A stretch of DNA of 64,000 nucleotides, from the NCBI GenBank assembly GCA_950097015.1, contig CATNEN010000039.1, positions 19,530,001 to 19,594,000 on the forward strand, in the 5' to 3' direction. Numbering within the stretch: the first letter of the stretch is position 1; each line of letters opens with the position of its first letter. The DNA is from Macrostomum hystrix (Eukaryota; Animalia; Platyhelminthes). The position numbers and the translations under genes are program-made. This document shows, in pieces, positions 39,615 to 54,057 of this stretch. The notes beneath the pieces were generated by a model, which searched no databases, was not told where the DNA came from, and saw only the letters and a program-made list of their open reading frames with translations.

Positions 39615-42600
39615 TCAATCGCTAACAGAGTCGGCGCGATCGCGCGCACAGCCGCTCTTGACGCCGCCCTCGGCGATGGCGGCGTTGGCCGCCTTTGGAG
39701 GCCAGCTGGCTTGACCAGGTGGCGCGGCCAGGTTAGCCATATTCTCTTGGCAGCGCTGACGGTGGATTTTGAAATTCGTGCAGCTGCGACTGCTCAAACG
39801 GACCACTCGGTGACAGTAGGTGCAGCGGGTGCTGTACGGCGCCTGGTCCTCTAGCAACTCGCCGCCAAGCTCGGCTAGTCGAAGGCCGAGCGGCTGCATC
39901 GACGGCCGGCCGATGGAGCCACCGCCGCCAGCCGTTGAGATTGCACTAAACGAGGAAACCGTCGGAGCTGTTGAAGTTCGCGGAGCAGTTAGGAAGCTTA
40001 ACGACGAGGCTGACAACGGCTGTGGTGACGGCTGACGCCGCTGTTGCCGCGGCGGCGATGACATTGACAACAGAGATGACGCCGGTTGATCGAATACGGC
40101 CTCGTCATCCTCGCGGTCAGCTTCACGGCTAACGACATTGCTGGAATCGGCTGACAAAGAATAATTCGGCGACTGCTGCATTCGCTGATCAGGCGACTCT
40201 TGTTCTAGTAGTTCCAGCTTCACCCGCTTCGACAGCGGAGCAGCTGACGGTGCGGGCTGCGATCGACATGGAGGGATATTGGTGAAATAGTTTACTTTAG
40301 CACTATAATAATCTAAAACGTTTGTTGTCTTTAGTTAAGTTACGAATTTTTATAACCTTACGGACATAAAGGATATGACATGTCGTAATTATGTCCAATA
40401 ATTGCTGTTCTTTTTCCTGAATCAACAGACTGTTAGTGTTTCATCTCTTTACTGAATTAACAGATTGTAAGTGTTTCATCTCTTTACTGAATCAACAGAC
40501 TGTAAGTGTTTCATCTCTTTACTGAATCAACAGACTGTAAGTGTTTCATCTCTTTACTGAATCAACAGACTGTAAGTGTTTCATCTCTTTACTGAATCAA
40601 CAGACTGTAAGTGTTTCATCTCTTTACTGAATCAACAGACTGTAAGTGTTTCATGTCTTTACTGAATCAACAGACTGTAAGTGTTTCATGTCTTTACTGA
40701 ATCAACAGACTGTAAGTGTTTCATCTCTTTACTGAATCAACAGACTGTAAGTGTTTCATCTCTTTAATGAATCAACAGACTGTAAGTGTTTCATCTCTTT
40801 ACTGAATCAACAGACTGTTAGTGTTTCATCTCTTTACTGAATCAACAGACTGTAAGTGTTTCATCTCTTTACTGAATTAACAGACTGTAAGTGTTTCATC
40901 TCTTTACTGAATCAACAGACTGTAAGTGTTTCATCTCTTTACTGAATCAACAGACTGTAAGTGTTTCATCTCTTTACTGAATCAACAGACTTTAAGTGTT
41001 TCATCTCTTTACTGAATCAACAGACTGTAAGTGTTTCATCTCTTTACTGAATTAACAGACTGTAAGTGTTTCATCTCTTTACTGAATCAACAGACTGTAA
41101 GTGTATTATCTCTTTACTGAATCAACAGACTGTAAGTGTTTCATCTCTTTACTGAATTAACAGACTGTAAGTGTTTCATCTCTTTACTGAATCAATAGAC
41201 TGTAAGTGTTTCATCTCTTTACTGAATCAACAGACTGTAAGTGTTTCATCTCTTTACTGAATCAACAGACTGTAAGTGTTTCATCTCTTTACTGAATCAA
41301 AAGAATGTAAAAGTGTTTTCTCTTTCCTAAATTATCAGACTGAAAGTGATTCGTTTTTTTCGCACACAGGTGTGTACATATGCCCTGACTTTCTCATCGT
41401 CAGGCAGTGTACACTCTCAGTGTGCCTTGGAGGTTGTGCCTTGGTGCCCTCAAGGGCGTAAATTGGACAACCCCTAAGCTTTCTCTCCGTGACTGCTCCC
41501 TAAATGAATGTGGCCTCGACGCGGAATTGAGCTTAAGGACCTTGGTGCGAGATGCAAACGTGCTAGACAGCTCTGCCACTCAGCCTCCATCCACATGCTG
41601 TAAGTGTTTCGTTCTTTCCTGTATCAGAGGACTGAAGGTGTTTGGCCTATTTCGTGTCACAACAGGCTGTAAGTTGTCCTAATAGACAGAAGTATTCCAT
41701 AGCTTCCGTGTCGCAGTATACTGCTAGATAATTACTCTCTCGATTGCTTCAAGGAAATGTTATTTCAGTAGCTATAAACAGCGATTGGCCAAATCAGAAA
41801 AACGACCAGCCAAATTTCATCTTTCGCATTCTTCGCACAAAAATACAGACATCAAAAGCGAAAGGGTCGAATAAAATAAATTTTCTGAAAAGTGATTTGG
41901 AGATTTCCAGAAACACCTGCTGTTGCCCGGGAATAAATCACTGCAGACTGGAATCAGTTCTTGAATTAGGAAATAAAATTACCTGATTTTAAGCGATAAG
42001 CGGTTTTATGCGGCTTAAAAAGCATGTTCGCTAAACCATGTATTTAGATTAAGTAAATGTTATAATCCACTGAATAGGCTATTTATATGACATTCTGAGA
42101 ATCGTATTCTGATAAGACGGTCATAATCTGATAATATCTTTGCAATCCGATGAGATGGTCATAATCCGATGAGATGGTCATAATCCAATGAGATGGTCAT
42201 AATCTGATGAGATGGTCATAATCTGATGAGAAGGTCATAATCTGATGAGAAGGTCATAATCTGATGAGATGTTCATAATCTGATGAGATCTTAATAATAT
42301 GATGAGATGTTTCATAATCTAATGATATGTTCATTACTCATACTCTGATGATATGTTTCTAACTCATAATCTGATGAGGCGGTCAGAATCTCATGATATG
42401 TTCATAATCTCATGATATGTTCATAATCTCATGATATGTTCATTATCTGATGATATGTTTTTATCTGATGATATGTTTTTATCTAATGATATGTTCATTA
42501 TCTAATGATATGTTCATTTTCTAATGATATGTTCATTATCTAATGATATGTTCATTTTCTAATGATATGTTCATTATCTAATGATATGTTCATAATCTGA

Positions 42601-45600
42601 TGATATGTTCATAATCTGATGATATGTTCATAATCTGATGATATGTTCATAATCTGATGATATGTTTTTATCTGATGATATGTTTTTATCTAATGATGTT
42701 TTTATCTAATGATATGTTCATTATCTAATGATATGTTCATTATCTGATGATATGTTCATAATCTGATGATATGTTTTATCTAATGATATGTTCATTATCT
42801 AATGATATGTTCATAATCTGACGAGGCGGTCATAATCCGATGAGATGTTCATAATCTAATGAGATGCACATAATCTGATGAGATGTTCATAATCTGATGA
42901 GATGTTCATAATCTGATGATATGTTCATAATCTGATGATATGTTTTTATCTAATGATATGTTTTTATCTAATGATATGTTCATTATCTAATGATATGTTC
43001 ATTTTCTAATGATATGTTCATTATCTAATGATATGTTCATTTTCTAATGATATGTTCATTATCTAATGATATGTTCATAATCTGATGATATGTTCATAAT
43101 CTGATGATATGTTCATAATCTGATGATATGTTCATAATCTGATGATATGTTTTTATCTGATGATATGTTTTTATCTAATGATATGTTTTTATCTAATGAT
43201 ATGTTCATTATCTAATGATATGTTCATTATCTGATGATATGTTCATAATCTGATGATATGTTTTATCTAATGATATGTTCATTATCTAATGATATGTTCA
43301 TAATCTGACGAGGCGGTCATAATCCGATGAGATGTTCATAATCTGATGAGATGTTCATAATCTGATGAGATGTACATAATCTGATGAGATGTTCATAATC
43401 TGATGAGATGTACATAATCTGATGAGATGTTCATAATCTGATGATATGTTCATAATCTGATGATATGTTCATAATCTGATGATATGTTTATTATCTAATG
43501 ATATGTTTATTATCTAATGATATGTTCATAATCTGATGATATGTTTATTATCTAATGATATGTTTATTATCTAATGATATGTTTATTATCTAACGATATG
43601 TTCATAATCTGATGATATGTTCATAATCTGATGATATGTTTATTATCTAATGATATGTTCATTATCTAATGATATGTTCATTATCTAATGATATGTTCAT
43701 AATCTGACGAGGCGGTCATAATCCGATGAGATGTTCATAATCTGATGAGATGTTCATAATCTGATGAGATGTACATAATCTGATGAGATGTTCATAATCT
43801 AATGAGATGCACATAATCTGATGAGATGTTCATAATCTGATGAGATGTTCATAATCTGATGATATGTTCATAATCTGATGATATGTTTTTATCTGATGAT
43901 ATGTTTTTATCTAATGATATGTTTTTATCTAATGATATGTTCATTATCTAATGATATGTTCATTATCTGATGATATGTTCATAATCTGATGATATGTTTT
44001 ATCTAATGATATGTTCATTATCTGATGATATGTTCATAATCTGATGATATGTTTTATCTAATGATATGTTCATTATCTAATGATATTTTCATAATCTGAC
44101 GAGGCGGTCATAATCCGATGAGATGTTCATAATCCGATGAGATGTTCATAATCTGATGAGATGTTCATAATCTGATGAGATGTACATAATCTGATGAGAT
44201 GTTCATAATCTGATGAGATGTTCATAATCTGATGAGATGTTCATAATCTGATGAGATGTACATAATCTGATGAGATGTTCATAATCTGATGATATGTACA
44301 TAATCTGATGAGATGTTCATAATCTGATGAGATGTTCATAATCTGATGAGATGTTCATAATCTGATGAGATGTTCATAATCTGATGAGATGTTCATAATC
44401 TGATGATATGTACATAATCTGATGAGATGTTCATAATCTGATGAGATGTTCATAATCTGATGAGATGTTCATAATCTGATGAGATGTTCATAATCTGATG
44501 AGATGTTCATAATCTGATGAGATGTTCATAATCTGATGAGATGTTCATAATCTGATGATATGTACATAATCTGATGAGATGTTCATAATCTGATGATATG
44601 TACATAATCTGATGAGATGTTCATAATCTAACGAAACTGTCATAGCTCGAATGCAGTAACCGTTACAACGTTGCGGTTAAAAACTGCGGCATACAGTTGA
44701 GTTCATTGCAAGTAACTTTGGCGAACAAGTTTTCTCGAAAAATGCCAACCCGGCTGAGGCCGATTGTTATGAACTCTCTTTTTTTAATGGCTAGCTAAAT
44801 GTGTGTTTACACAATGTCACATCTGGCTAAAACTGAATATACCTCAGCAAAAATTTCGCTTTTTAGATGTTCGCCAATTTTAATTGCGGAAGCAAAGAAA
44901 TGGATCGGATGCAATCATGTAGGCGTTAATTACACCTGCATTTAAAGAGCCGCGGAAATAGGCAACGGTGATTTCATTCGCCCTTGAAATCTCTCTTGCA
45001 AAGGGCGAGAAATACACGTCAGAGGAACAATGAAGGTTGCAAGATAGCAGAGAACAGAACAGATCACTGCTTCTCTAGGACAGGCAGTTCGGTATACACT
45101 TTGCTATCTATCGCTCACTAATCCCGTCTGATGGAGATAGCTACAGCAGCAAATCCCCTCCAAAGTTGTAAAGAGGGGAGAATGAAGATCACAAGAGCTT
45201 CACTCACTGATCCCTTTCAATCCCAAGAGCTTCACTCACTGATCCCTTTCAATCCCAAGAGCTTCACTCACTAATCCCTTTCAATCCCAAGAGCTTCACT
45301 CACTAATCCCTTTCAATCTCAAGAGCTTCACTCACTGATCCCTTTCAATCCCAAGAGCTTCACTCACTGATCCCTTTCAATCCCAAGAGCTTCACTCACT
45401 AATCTCTTCCAATCTCAAGAGCTTCACTCACTAATCTCTTCCAATCTCAAGAGCTTCACTCACTAATCCCTTTCAATCTCAAGAGCTTCACTCACTGATC
45501 CCTTTCAATCCCAAGAGCTTCACTCACTGATCCCTTTCAATCCCAAGAGCTTCACTCACTGATCCCTTTCAATCCCAAGAGCTTCACTCACTGATCCCTT

Positions 45601-48600
45601 CCAATCTCAAGAGCTTCACTCACTAATCTCTTCCAATCTCAAGAGCTTCACTCACTAATCCCTTTCAATCTCAAGAGCTTCACTCACTGATCCCTTTCAA
45701 TCCCAAGAGCTTCACTCACTGATCCCTTTCAATCCCAAGAGCTTCACTCACTAATCTCTTCCAATCTCAAGAGCTTCACTCACTAATCCCTTTCAATCTC
45801 AAGAGCTTCACTCACTGATCCCTTTCAATCCCAAGAGCTTCACTCACTGATCCCTTTCAATCCCAAGAGCTTCACTCACTAATCTCTTCCAATCCCAAGA
45901 GCTTCACTCACTGATCCCTTTCAATCCCAAGAGCTTCACTCACTAATCTCTTCCAATCTCAAGAGCTTCACTCACTGATCCCTTTCAATCCCAAGAGCTT
46001 CACTCACTGATCCCTTTCAATCCCAAGAGCTTCACTCACTGATCCCTTCCAATCTCAAGAGCTTCACTCACTAATCTCTTCCAATCTCAAGAGCTTCACT
46101 CACTAATCCCTTCCAATCTCAAGAGCTTCAGTCACTGATCCCTTTCAATCCCAAGAGCTTCACTCACTGATCCCTTCCAATCTCAAGAGCTTCACTCACA
46201 AATCTCATCCAATCCCAAGAGCTTCACTCACTAATCCCTTCCAATCTCAAGAGCTTCACTCACTAATCCCTTCCAATCTCAAGAGCTTCACTCACTAATC
46301 TCTTCCAATCTCAAGAGCTTCACTCACTAATCCCTTCCAATCTCAAGAGCTTCAGTCACTGATCCCTTTCAATCCCAAGAGCTTCACTCACTGATCCCTT
46401 TCAATCCCAAGAGCTTCACTCACTGATCCCTTTCAATCCCAAGAGCTTCACTCACTGATCCCTTCCAATCCCAAGAGCTTCACTCACTGATCCCTTTCAA
46501 TCCCAAGAGCTTCGCTCACTAATCCCTTTCAATCCCAATACCTTCACTCACTAATCCCTTCCAATCCCAAGAGCTTCACTCACTAATCCCTTCCAATCCC
46601 AAGAGCTTCACTCACTAATCCCTTCCAATCTCAAGAGCTTCACACACTAATCCCTTCCAATCCCAAGAGCTTCAGTCACTAATCCCTTCCAATCCCAAGA
46701 GCTTCACACACTAATCCCTTCCAATCCCAAGAGCTTCACACACTAATCCCTTCCAATCCCAAGAGCTTCACTCACTAATCACTTCCAATCTCAAGAGCTT
46801 CACTCACTAATCCCTTCCAATCTCAAGAGCTTCACTCACTAATCCCTTCCAATCCCAAGAGCTTCACTCACTGATCCCTTTCAATCCCAACAGCTTTACT
46901 CTGAATTCCATAAAATCCCAAAATCATCACTTACTAATTCTTTCCAATCCCAAGAGCTTCACTCACTGATCCCTTTCAATCCCAAGAGCTTCACTGAGTA
47001 ATTCCTTCCAATCCCAAGAGCTTCGCTCACTAATCCCTTTCAATCCCAATACCTTCACTCACTAATCCCTTCCAATCCCAAGAGCTTCACTCACTAATCC
47101 CTTCCAATCCCAAGAGCTTCACTCACTAATCCCTTCCAATCCCAAGAGCTTCACTCACTAATCCCTTCCAATCCCAAGAGCTTCACTCACTAATCTCTTC
47201 CAATCTCAAGAGCTTCACTCACTAATCCCTTCCAATCCCAAGAGCTTCACTCACTAATCCCTTCCAATCCCAAGAGCTTCACTCACTAATCCCTTCCAAT
47301 CCCAAGAGCTTCACTCACTAATCTCTTCCAATCCCAAGAGCTTCGCTCACTAATCCCTTCCAATCCCAAGAGCTTCACTCACTAATCTCTTCCAATCTCA
47401 AGAGCTTCACACACTAATCCCTTCCAATCCCAAGAGCTTCACACACTAATCCCTTCCAATCTCAAGAGCTTCACACACTAATCCCTTCGAATCCCAAGAG
47501 CTTCACTCACTGATCCCTTTCAATCCCAAGAGCTTTACTCTGAATTCCATAAAATCCCAAAATCATCACTCACTAATTCCTTCCAAGCTCAAGAGCTTCA
47601 CTCACTAATCCCTTTCAATCCCAAGAGCTTCACTGAGTAATCCCTTTCAATCCCAAGAGCTTCACTGAGTAATCCCTTTCAATCCCAAGAGCTTCACTGA
47701 GTAATCCCTTCCAATCCCAAGAGCTTCACACACTAATCCCTTCCAATCCCAAGAGCTTCGCTCACTAATCCCTTCCAATCCCAATACCTTCACTCACTAA
47801 TCCCTTCCAATCCCAAGAGCTTCACTCACTAATCCCTTCCAATCCCAATACCTTCACTCACTAATCCCTTCCAATCTCAAGAGCTTCACTCACTAATCCC
47901 TTCCAATCCCAAGAGCTTCACTCACTAATCCCTTCCAATCCCAAGAGCTTCACTCACTAATCCCTTCCAATCTCAAGAGCTTCACTCACTAATCCCTTCC
48001 AATCCCAATAGCTTCACTCACTAATCCCTTCCAATCCCAATAGCTTCACTCACTAATCCCTTCCAATCCCAATAGCTTCACTCACTAATCCCTTCCAATC
48101 CCAATAGCTTCACTCACTAATCCCTTCCAATCCCAATAGCTTCACTCACTAATCCCTTCTAATCTCAAGAGCTTCACTCACTAATCCCTTCCAATCTCAA
48201 GAGCTTCACTCACTAATCCCTTCCAATCCCAATAGCTTCACTCACTAATCCCTTCCAATCCCAATAGCTTCACTCACTAATCCCTTCCAATCCCAATAGC
48301 TTCACTCACTAATCCCTTCCAATCCCAATAGCTTCACTCACTAATCCCTTCCAATCCCAATAGCTTCACTCACTAATCTCTTCCAATCTCAAGAGCTTCA
48401 CACACTAATCCCTTCCAATCTCAAGAGCTTCAGTCACTAATCCCTTCCAATCCCAAGAGCTTCACACACTAATCCCTTCCAATCCCAAGAGCTTCACTCA
48501 CTAATCACTTCCAATCTCAAGAGCTTCACTCACTAATCCCTTCCAATACTCCGAGCTTCACTAATCCCTCTGATCCTCACAGCTCCAGTAGCGAATTATC

Positions 48601-49627
48601 TAAAAAACTTCTACGTCAGATTGAAAAGTAACTAAGAAAAAACTGTATGGTTAATATTTCACCTGAAGCAGCGGTACAGAGGCCCTAACGTTGCGTTGCT
48701 CGATACTGCAGCCGGGGAAAACGGAGCTCGACAGCAGTTGTTGTCGCCTGCTGGCATGCCGCAGCTGATTCATATCCTCAATTTGCTCAAAATGCTGCGG
48801 CTGCTGAGGTAATTCTGCGAAAATAAAGACATCTACTCTTTACTGGATTAATAATACTCTAACACTCGCACAGCCACACACACTCACTCACCTGGTTGCT
48901 GTCTAACAGCACTGTTATTAGCTTTAGACTCCGGTACATTAGCCGATGTGACAGCCGTGTTAGCAACAGCAAGTGCGCCACTCGGCGTGCCTAGCAACGC
49001 CTTAGCAACCATATGTCGCAAGCGTTGATGTACAGTTTTAACGCTGATTTGGCGCAGTCCGTGGACATTATCGCAGTGCAGTTCCAGACTGGGCAGATCT
49101 GGCAGGCGTTCCTCGCAAAATAGGCACGGACACTGAGTCTCGACGTCTCTTTCCTGCGCGTGCGGCCAAAATCAATGTCAACACGTGTTCCCATTTTAAA
49201 AGAGAACATTTCAACAGCGCAGAATCAAATTCCTACTTACCTGCTCATCAGCTAGAGAGGCTAGTGAGGTCTCGATTGATTCACCGCTTTGTTGGCCAAG
49301 CGACATTGCGCTGCTACTGTTGCTATTTAATGAAATAAATAGTAAGCGTTTGATGGGAAGCTTGGGCTGCTGATTCATTGAGGGCGGCGATTGTGACTCG
49401 TCAGTCAGCTGCTGTTTAGAGTGTAATGCAAGGACGTGCTCACGCATTAGGCCCTCGTGTGTGGTGACGCGACCACAATCAGCGCACTGTAGCAAGGTGC
49501 ACTCACAAGGCGAATCGTGAGTTATGCAGTGCTCAAATAGGCGAGTGACACTCAGTGTAAGAAATGGGCACAATGGACAATGCAGTGCAATAATATGTTC
49601 GGGATCTAGATGGGGAAGCATCGGCAT
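39615..49627 (-). CDS. Zinc-finger protein, 480 aa: three C2H2 fingers plus a C-terminal BED-like finger
   Basis: Exons 49627-49241, 49153-48892, 48814-48663 and 40256-39615 join in frame (1443 nt) with canonical donors (gtaagt, gtgagt, gtgaaa). Fingers CPLC..HCITH, CADC..HVLALH, CLFC..HCDNVH; last exon has CTYCHRVVRLSSRSCTNFKIHRQRC. Confidence 0.78.
40419..41320. repeat. Tandem array, 35-bp unit GAATCAACAGACTGTAAGTGTTTCATCTCTTTACT, about 25 units
   Basis: Directly visible; contiguous units with no spacers. Confidence 0.97.
41362..41590 (-). mobile_element. SINE family A, 5' two-thirds
   Basis: Homologous to 63405-63624. Confidence 0.78.
42105..44640. repeat. Tandem array, ~19-bp unit TCATAATCTGATGA(G/T)ATGT
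   Basis: Directly visible. Confidence 0.97.
45192..48565. repeat. Tandem array, 32-bp unit AAGAGCTTCACTCACTAATCCCTTCCAATCCC, about 105 units
   Basis: Directly visible. Confidence 0.98.
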
Positions 49628-49947
49628 TGCTAATAGTCACTTATTGTTATTATATGATGCTAGTTTCGAGTCAATGTGTCGTTTCTTGCAGTCGCAGAAT
49701 TGTAGCAGTTTGCTGTAAGCTTTTTAGTTAAAAGACATTAGCTTTCTGATGAAGATTAATATTCTTACAGTAATAAACGGTCAGTGGAAACAAAATGTGC
49801 AATACAAAGCTGATATCACTATTTCCCTATTTAGACAGAATATTTCTGAGTCAATGTAGCTATTATTGCATGTGTTTGCCTTTCTCACCAAGGTTCTGAG
49901 CACAATTCTGTGGTGAGGCCCTATTAACTAAGGGCACAGCCACAATA

Positions 49948-50055
49948 GAAGGCTTGGGGGCTTGTGCAATTTACACCCTTGAGGGCCAACCTGCAAAGTA
50001 CAGTGAGCGTGTACAACCTGTCTGATGATGAGAAAGTCAGGGCAGATGTACACAT
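49948..50055 (+). mobile_element. SINE family A internal fragment
   Basis: gaaggcttggggggcttg...gagggccaacc...gtcagggcagatgtacac matches the other copies. Confidence 0.7.
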
Positions 50056-50746
50056 ATAACTAAACATATATTTAGTTACTTAGCTATAACCAATATGCAG
50101 AACAAGTTAGATATAAAAATACAGTTTATAGCAATGCATAATTAAAAAATTAAGCAATATAGCTCTATATAAATACATTTTTATAGGCTAAGAGCATATC
50201 AACTTTAAGGCTATCTTTGACTTTATATACAATACTCACATGTTAGCCACACACAATTGGGCAGATGTTGCATGAATACTATCTTATTATTTATTTTTTT
50301 AATGTACAGTCATTATAGAAAAATCTATTACTATAATATAGGCTACAGAAAATATGCAAAATAAATTTATAAAATACTTTTGCAGTACACTTAAAATATT
50401 TTGAAATATATAAAAAAACATTTTTTTACAATTGGTGATACAAAGATATATGCTAGATACTTTCAAAAACTTACGAAATAAACCATTTATGTACACACAT
50501 ATAGAGTTGTTTTAATGAAGTTGAGAGGATTCCAAAAAGACTTAAAGTATAAAATGTGCCAATTGTGCCTATTGCATTCTGAATACAGAATGCTATAGGT
50601 GCTAAAATTAATCCATACCAAGCATAATGCAGTGCACACTAGGCTGTGCTCTACTCAACCACAGATTAATTAGTATATTACTGCATCATATCAATTATAC
50701 TGTAGCTAGCTAATAGTTAGGCTACATATATGTATATATATATGAG

Positions 50747-51412
50747 TAGGGTAATGTATCATCAACCGAACAGTGTATCTTCAAAACCGAACAAGAATTT
50801 TGACTTCTTCCTTGGTCTTGTGCAAGACAGAAACAAGCTATTGTGTTTCACAGAACAACTAATTTGAAAGTTGAAGAAATTTTCTACAAGCTGAGGCATG
50901 ATGTGCAATGAAGCATTAAGAGGAAAGAAAGATATTGATGTTTCAGTAGAAATTTTTATTGCAAAAGCATACTCTTTAACAACATTTTTCAGTATGTACT
51001 TTAGATGAAGATTGTATGTGGTTGCTTGCCAATTAAATGACCATAAATGTAGTTATTTATAGTTATTTATATTTATAGAGCATGAAAAATGCTTTCAAAT
51101 TACATAATTCATGATAGTTCACTCCTTAAAATAAGATTAAACCACTCACTCAAATTGTAAAACCAAACATCAAATTCCCTGTTTGGTTTGAAGATACATG
51201 AAAATCATTGTTTGGTTTTAGATAAAAAGCAGGAATAACTTTGTTCTATTTGATAAAATAGCAAAAGCTGATACTTTTTAGAAAGATGTAACTGTTTTCT
51301 ATAACTTGGCTTTTGATTTATCATGATATCTTAAATAGAAAATCTGTAGCTTAGGTTTGAAGTTAAAAAAATACACATTCTTGTTTGGTTGATGATACAT
51401 TACATTACCCTA
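50747..51412. mobile_element. Non-autonomous hAT-like element, TAGGG termini, 6-bp TSD
   Basis: TIR tagggtaatgtatcatcaaccgaaca / tgtttggttgatgatacattac(attac)ccta; TATGAG duplicated at 50741-50746 and 51413-51418. Confidence 0.75.
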
Positions 51413-53871
51413 TATGAGTATATATATATATAATATATAAGTCAGAAAGAGTGAATATAGTGCTAAAATATACAAAAAAGTTAAACACTGGGCATAATCC
51501 CTATTGGAAAAAGTTGAAAATCCATGGATGGTATCCTGCATGCTTTTTGGATTTTTCTAAAGCACCTGCCTTACACTTACACTTTTCCTACTTAACTACT
51601 ACTTGAAAAGGCTTGAGCAGCCAGCAGAAAGAGGCATGGACTGGCCACCAAGATGGGCATAGACAATCAAACACAATTGAAAAGGCAAAAAATGCATTAT
51701 GGCACAAATGGCAAACCTTCTTGACCATAGGGTGCTACCAGGCTAAAGCACACCTTTCTCAATCGATCTTAATTCTAAAGTGTGCGCCCATGAGTTTTCA
51801 ACATTTATTTCAATAGGGGGCATAATAAGTTATAAATAAGATCAACCTATAGTCAAAGACCCATAACCAAGTAGCTAAAAATGAATATAATTTATGGATT
51901 TTATTTTTTAATACAATGAGTAAGCATAGTCTATTTCAGTAACACATATATATTTTGGTATTAAACATTTTAGTAATAGAAAATTAGGTAATAGATGAAT
52001 AGTAATTGACAGTTCAGTTATAAGGTATGGTAACACTGCTAAGTAACAAAAAAGTTAGAGAAATCTTAAATTGACTGTTAAAACAAAATTCCAAGTTAGC
52101 CAATCATGCAGCCAGTGTGGGTTAAATATATATGCTGGCAATGTAAAATGTTTATTACCACATGAATTTAAATATACAAATGTCAATTAGAGTCATAGAT
52201 TCAAACAGAGGTCCCTTTTCTATATATAGTCATTTGTATGTTATTGTTAGGTTTTTGTTTCCTCAATAATTATAATTGTTATTCATTATTGGAATTTATA
52301 TTTTTTGTACTGCATGCCCAATGCTTAATCATTTCAATAAATGATTGCATTGGTATTAGCTATATTTATTAATTCGAATTTAAATCCTGACTTGTAAAGG
52401 CTTGGCAAAGACATGTAAATTAATAGACCACAACTTAAAAACTTAATGAAAACTTGCTTTATAATACTAATTATTTAGGTCCATTTTAACAAGTAGAGTT
52501 AATACATACTACAAAACTGTCCTTCCATTGTTAATAATTTGATCATACCTTGTTCCCCAACTATTCTATATTCCAATAAATGAAATCATAGGAAATTATA
52601 AGCAAAAATTGTAGCATTTTTTTTCATTTTGAAGTTTGAAGGTTAGGGGTAGGCCTAACTCAAGAAGGCAGGATAGTAATAAGAAATTCAAGTGGACAAA
52701 AATTTATGGGCCTATACATTATATAGGCCTAGGCCTACATTAGGCCTACAAAAAGCAATAATCATATGCCTTGCTATTTTATATGACTAGGCCCTAGCTA
52801 GCAATTAGCATGACTAAATATGATATATGTAATATGACTGACTAGGCCTAGATGACTAGTCATAATAGATAGCTAATATGACTAGACAGCTATGTTAAAT
52901 ATAAACAGCTATTTGTTATCACTGACACTTACATATGCTAACTGCTCTTGCTCTTTCGAAAAAGAGATAGATAGATACTAACGTTTTGATTTACCAAATA
53001 TATGAAAAATGTACAACGTTGTGTTAGCACGCAAAAAGTGTATTACAGCATTCAACAAAGCCCGACTTAATCTGTCAAAATGAATTTATAGGTCATAGTG
53101 TGTTAAGAACTGTGGTTAATCCTTGCCACTGACGACCGCCTGCCGGTTTTAATCAGATCAATAAGTTTAAAAATGGTGCGATAACACGCCGATGCAGCTG
53201 GACGGAATTAATTCACGACAATATTCGGCAAAAGCAAAAGTGCTATTATTTTGCTTTTATCTTCAGCAGGTTTAAAAAAACACGCCATTTTGTTCCTCTA
53301 ATGTGTGTGTATTGGTACTCGCATTTGATTTGCATTCAGAATATCAGTATAAGCTGTGCAAAGAAAAAACTTGTTAGTACACACAGTATGTGCGAGATTA
53401 ATCTTTGAATGCTAATGATGGAGACGATGGATGATGCACAATCGATGAATATCTGCATCTGAAATTCTAAAAAGATTTGGATATCTAAGCAACAAAAAAT
53501 TTGAATCACATGTTCTGTATGTGACGGTTCAGTCTCTAATAATGAACTACTGAATTGCGGCAAAATAATTAAAATTGACTAAATATAGTTTTAGACGATA
53601 ATTCTGGATGAATCATTTAAATCTAATGAAAATGATGAACCAAATAAAGCTCAGTGTAAAATTTAACAGCCTGCTGTCCCAAATACACCACAAAATGCTA
53701 TAAAGAAGCTAAAAAAGTCACTAATTAGCACGATAATAACTGCGACGGTAGATTCTGATAACTAGAAGACTGGTTTTTTATCTTTCGCGTTTTTCGTTTT
53801 ATAGGCCTTTCAATTTTACTGTATAGCTTATTTTTCTTCGAAGCCGTATACATTATTAGATTATTAACACT

Positions 53872-54057
53872 CGGTGGCGTAGCTAGGAATTTTCGAGGGG
53901 GGGTAAATGAAAAAAAGTTGAATGAACAATTTTAAAATAGACTGGTTTTTAATGGTAATACTCCCTCTTTCAACTCTCCCTCATTTTTTTCTGCCGTTTG
54001 GGGGATATAAGTATAGGCCCTAACCCCATCTCCCCCTTAGCTAGGCCTACGCCACTG
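53872..54057. mobile_element. hAT-like MITE (C(A/G)GTGGCGTAG termini, 8-bp TSD)
   Basis: cggtggcgtag ... ctacgccactg; TSD TTAACACT on both sides. Confidence 0.82.

Noticed and set aside
42105-44645. CTGATGAG in every 19-bp unit and a GAAAC..GTC at the array end (hammerhead-like)
   Set aside because: No helix I or II pairing; the terminal GAAAC is just a degenerate last unit.
40419-48565. 35-bp and 32-bp repeats of CRISPR-like length
   Set aside because: Units are contiguous with no unique spacers, there are no cas genes, and the context is a eukaryotic intron.
49628-49712. In-frame TGA just upstream of the zinc-finger ATG (selenocysteine or readthrough)
   Set aside because: No recognisable homology upstream and no SECIS evidence; simplest reading is 5' UTR.
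53192-53269. Possible first coding exon MQLDGINSRQYSAKAKVLLFCFYLQQ for the PNPOx-like gene
   Set aside because: The donor (gtttaa) is weak and the sequence reads equally well as a polypyrimidine acceptor; not supportable without RNA data.
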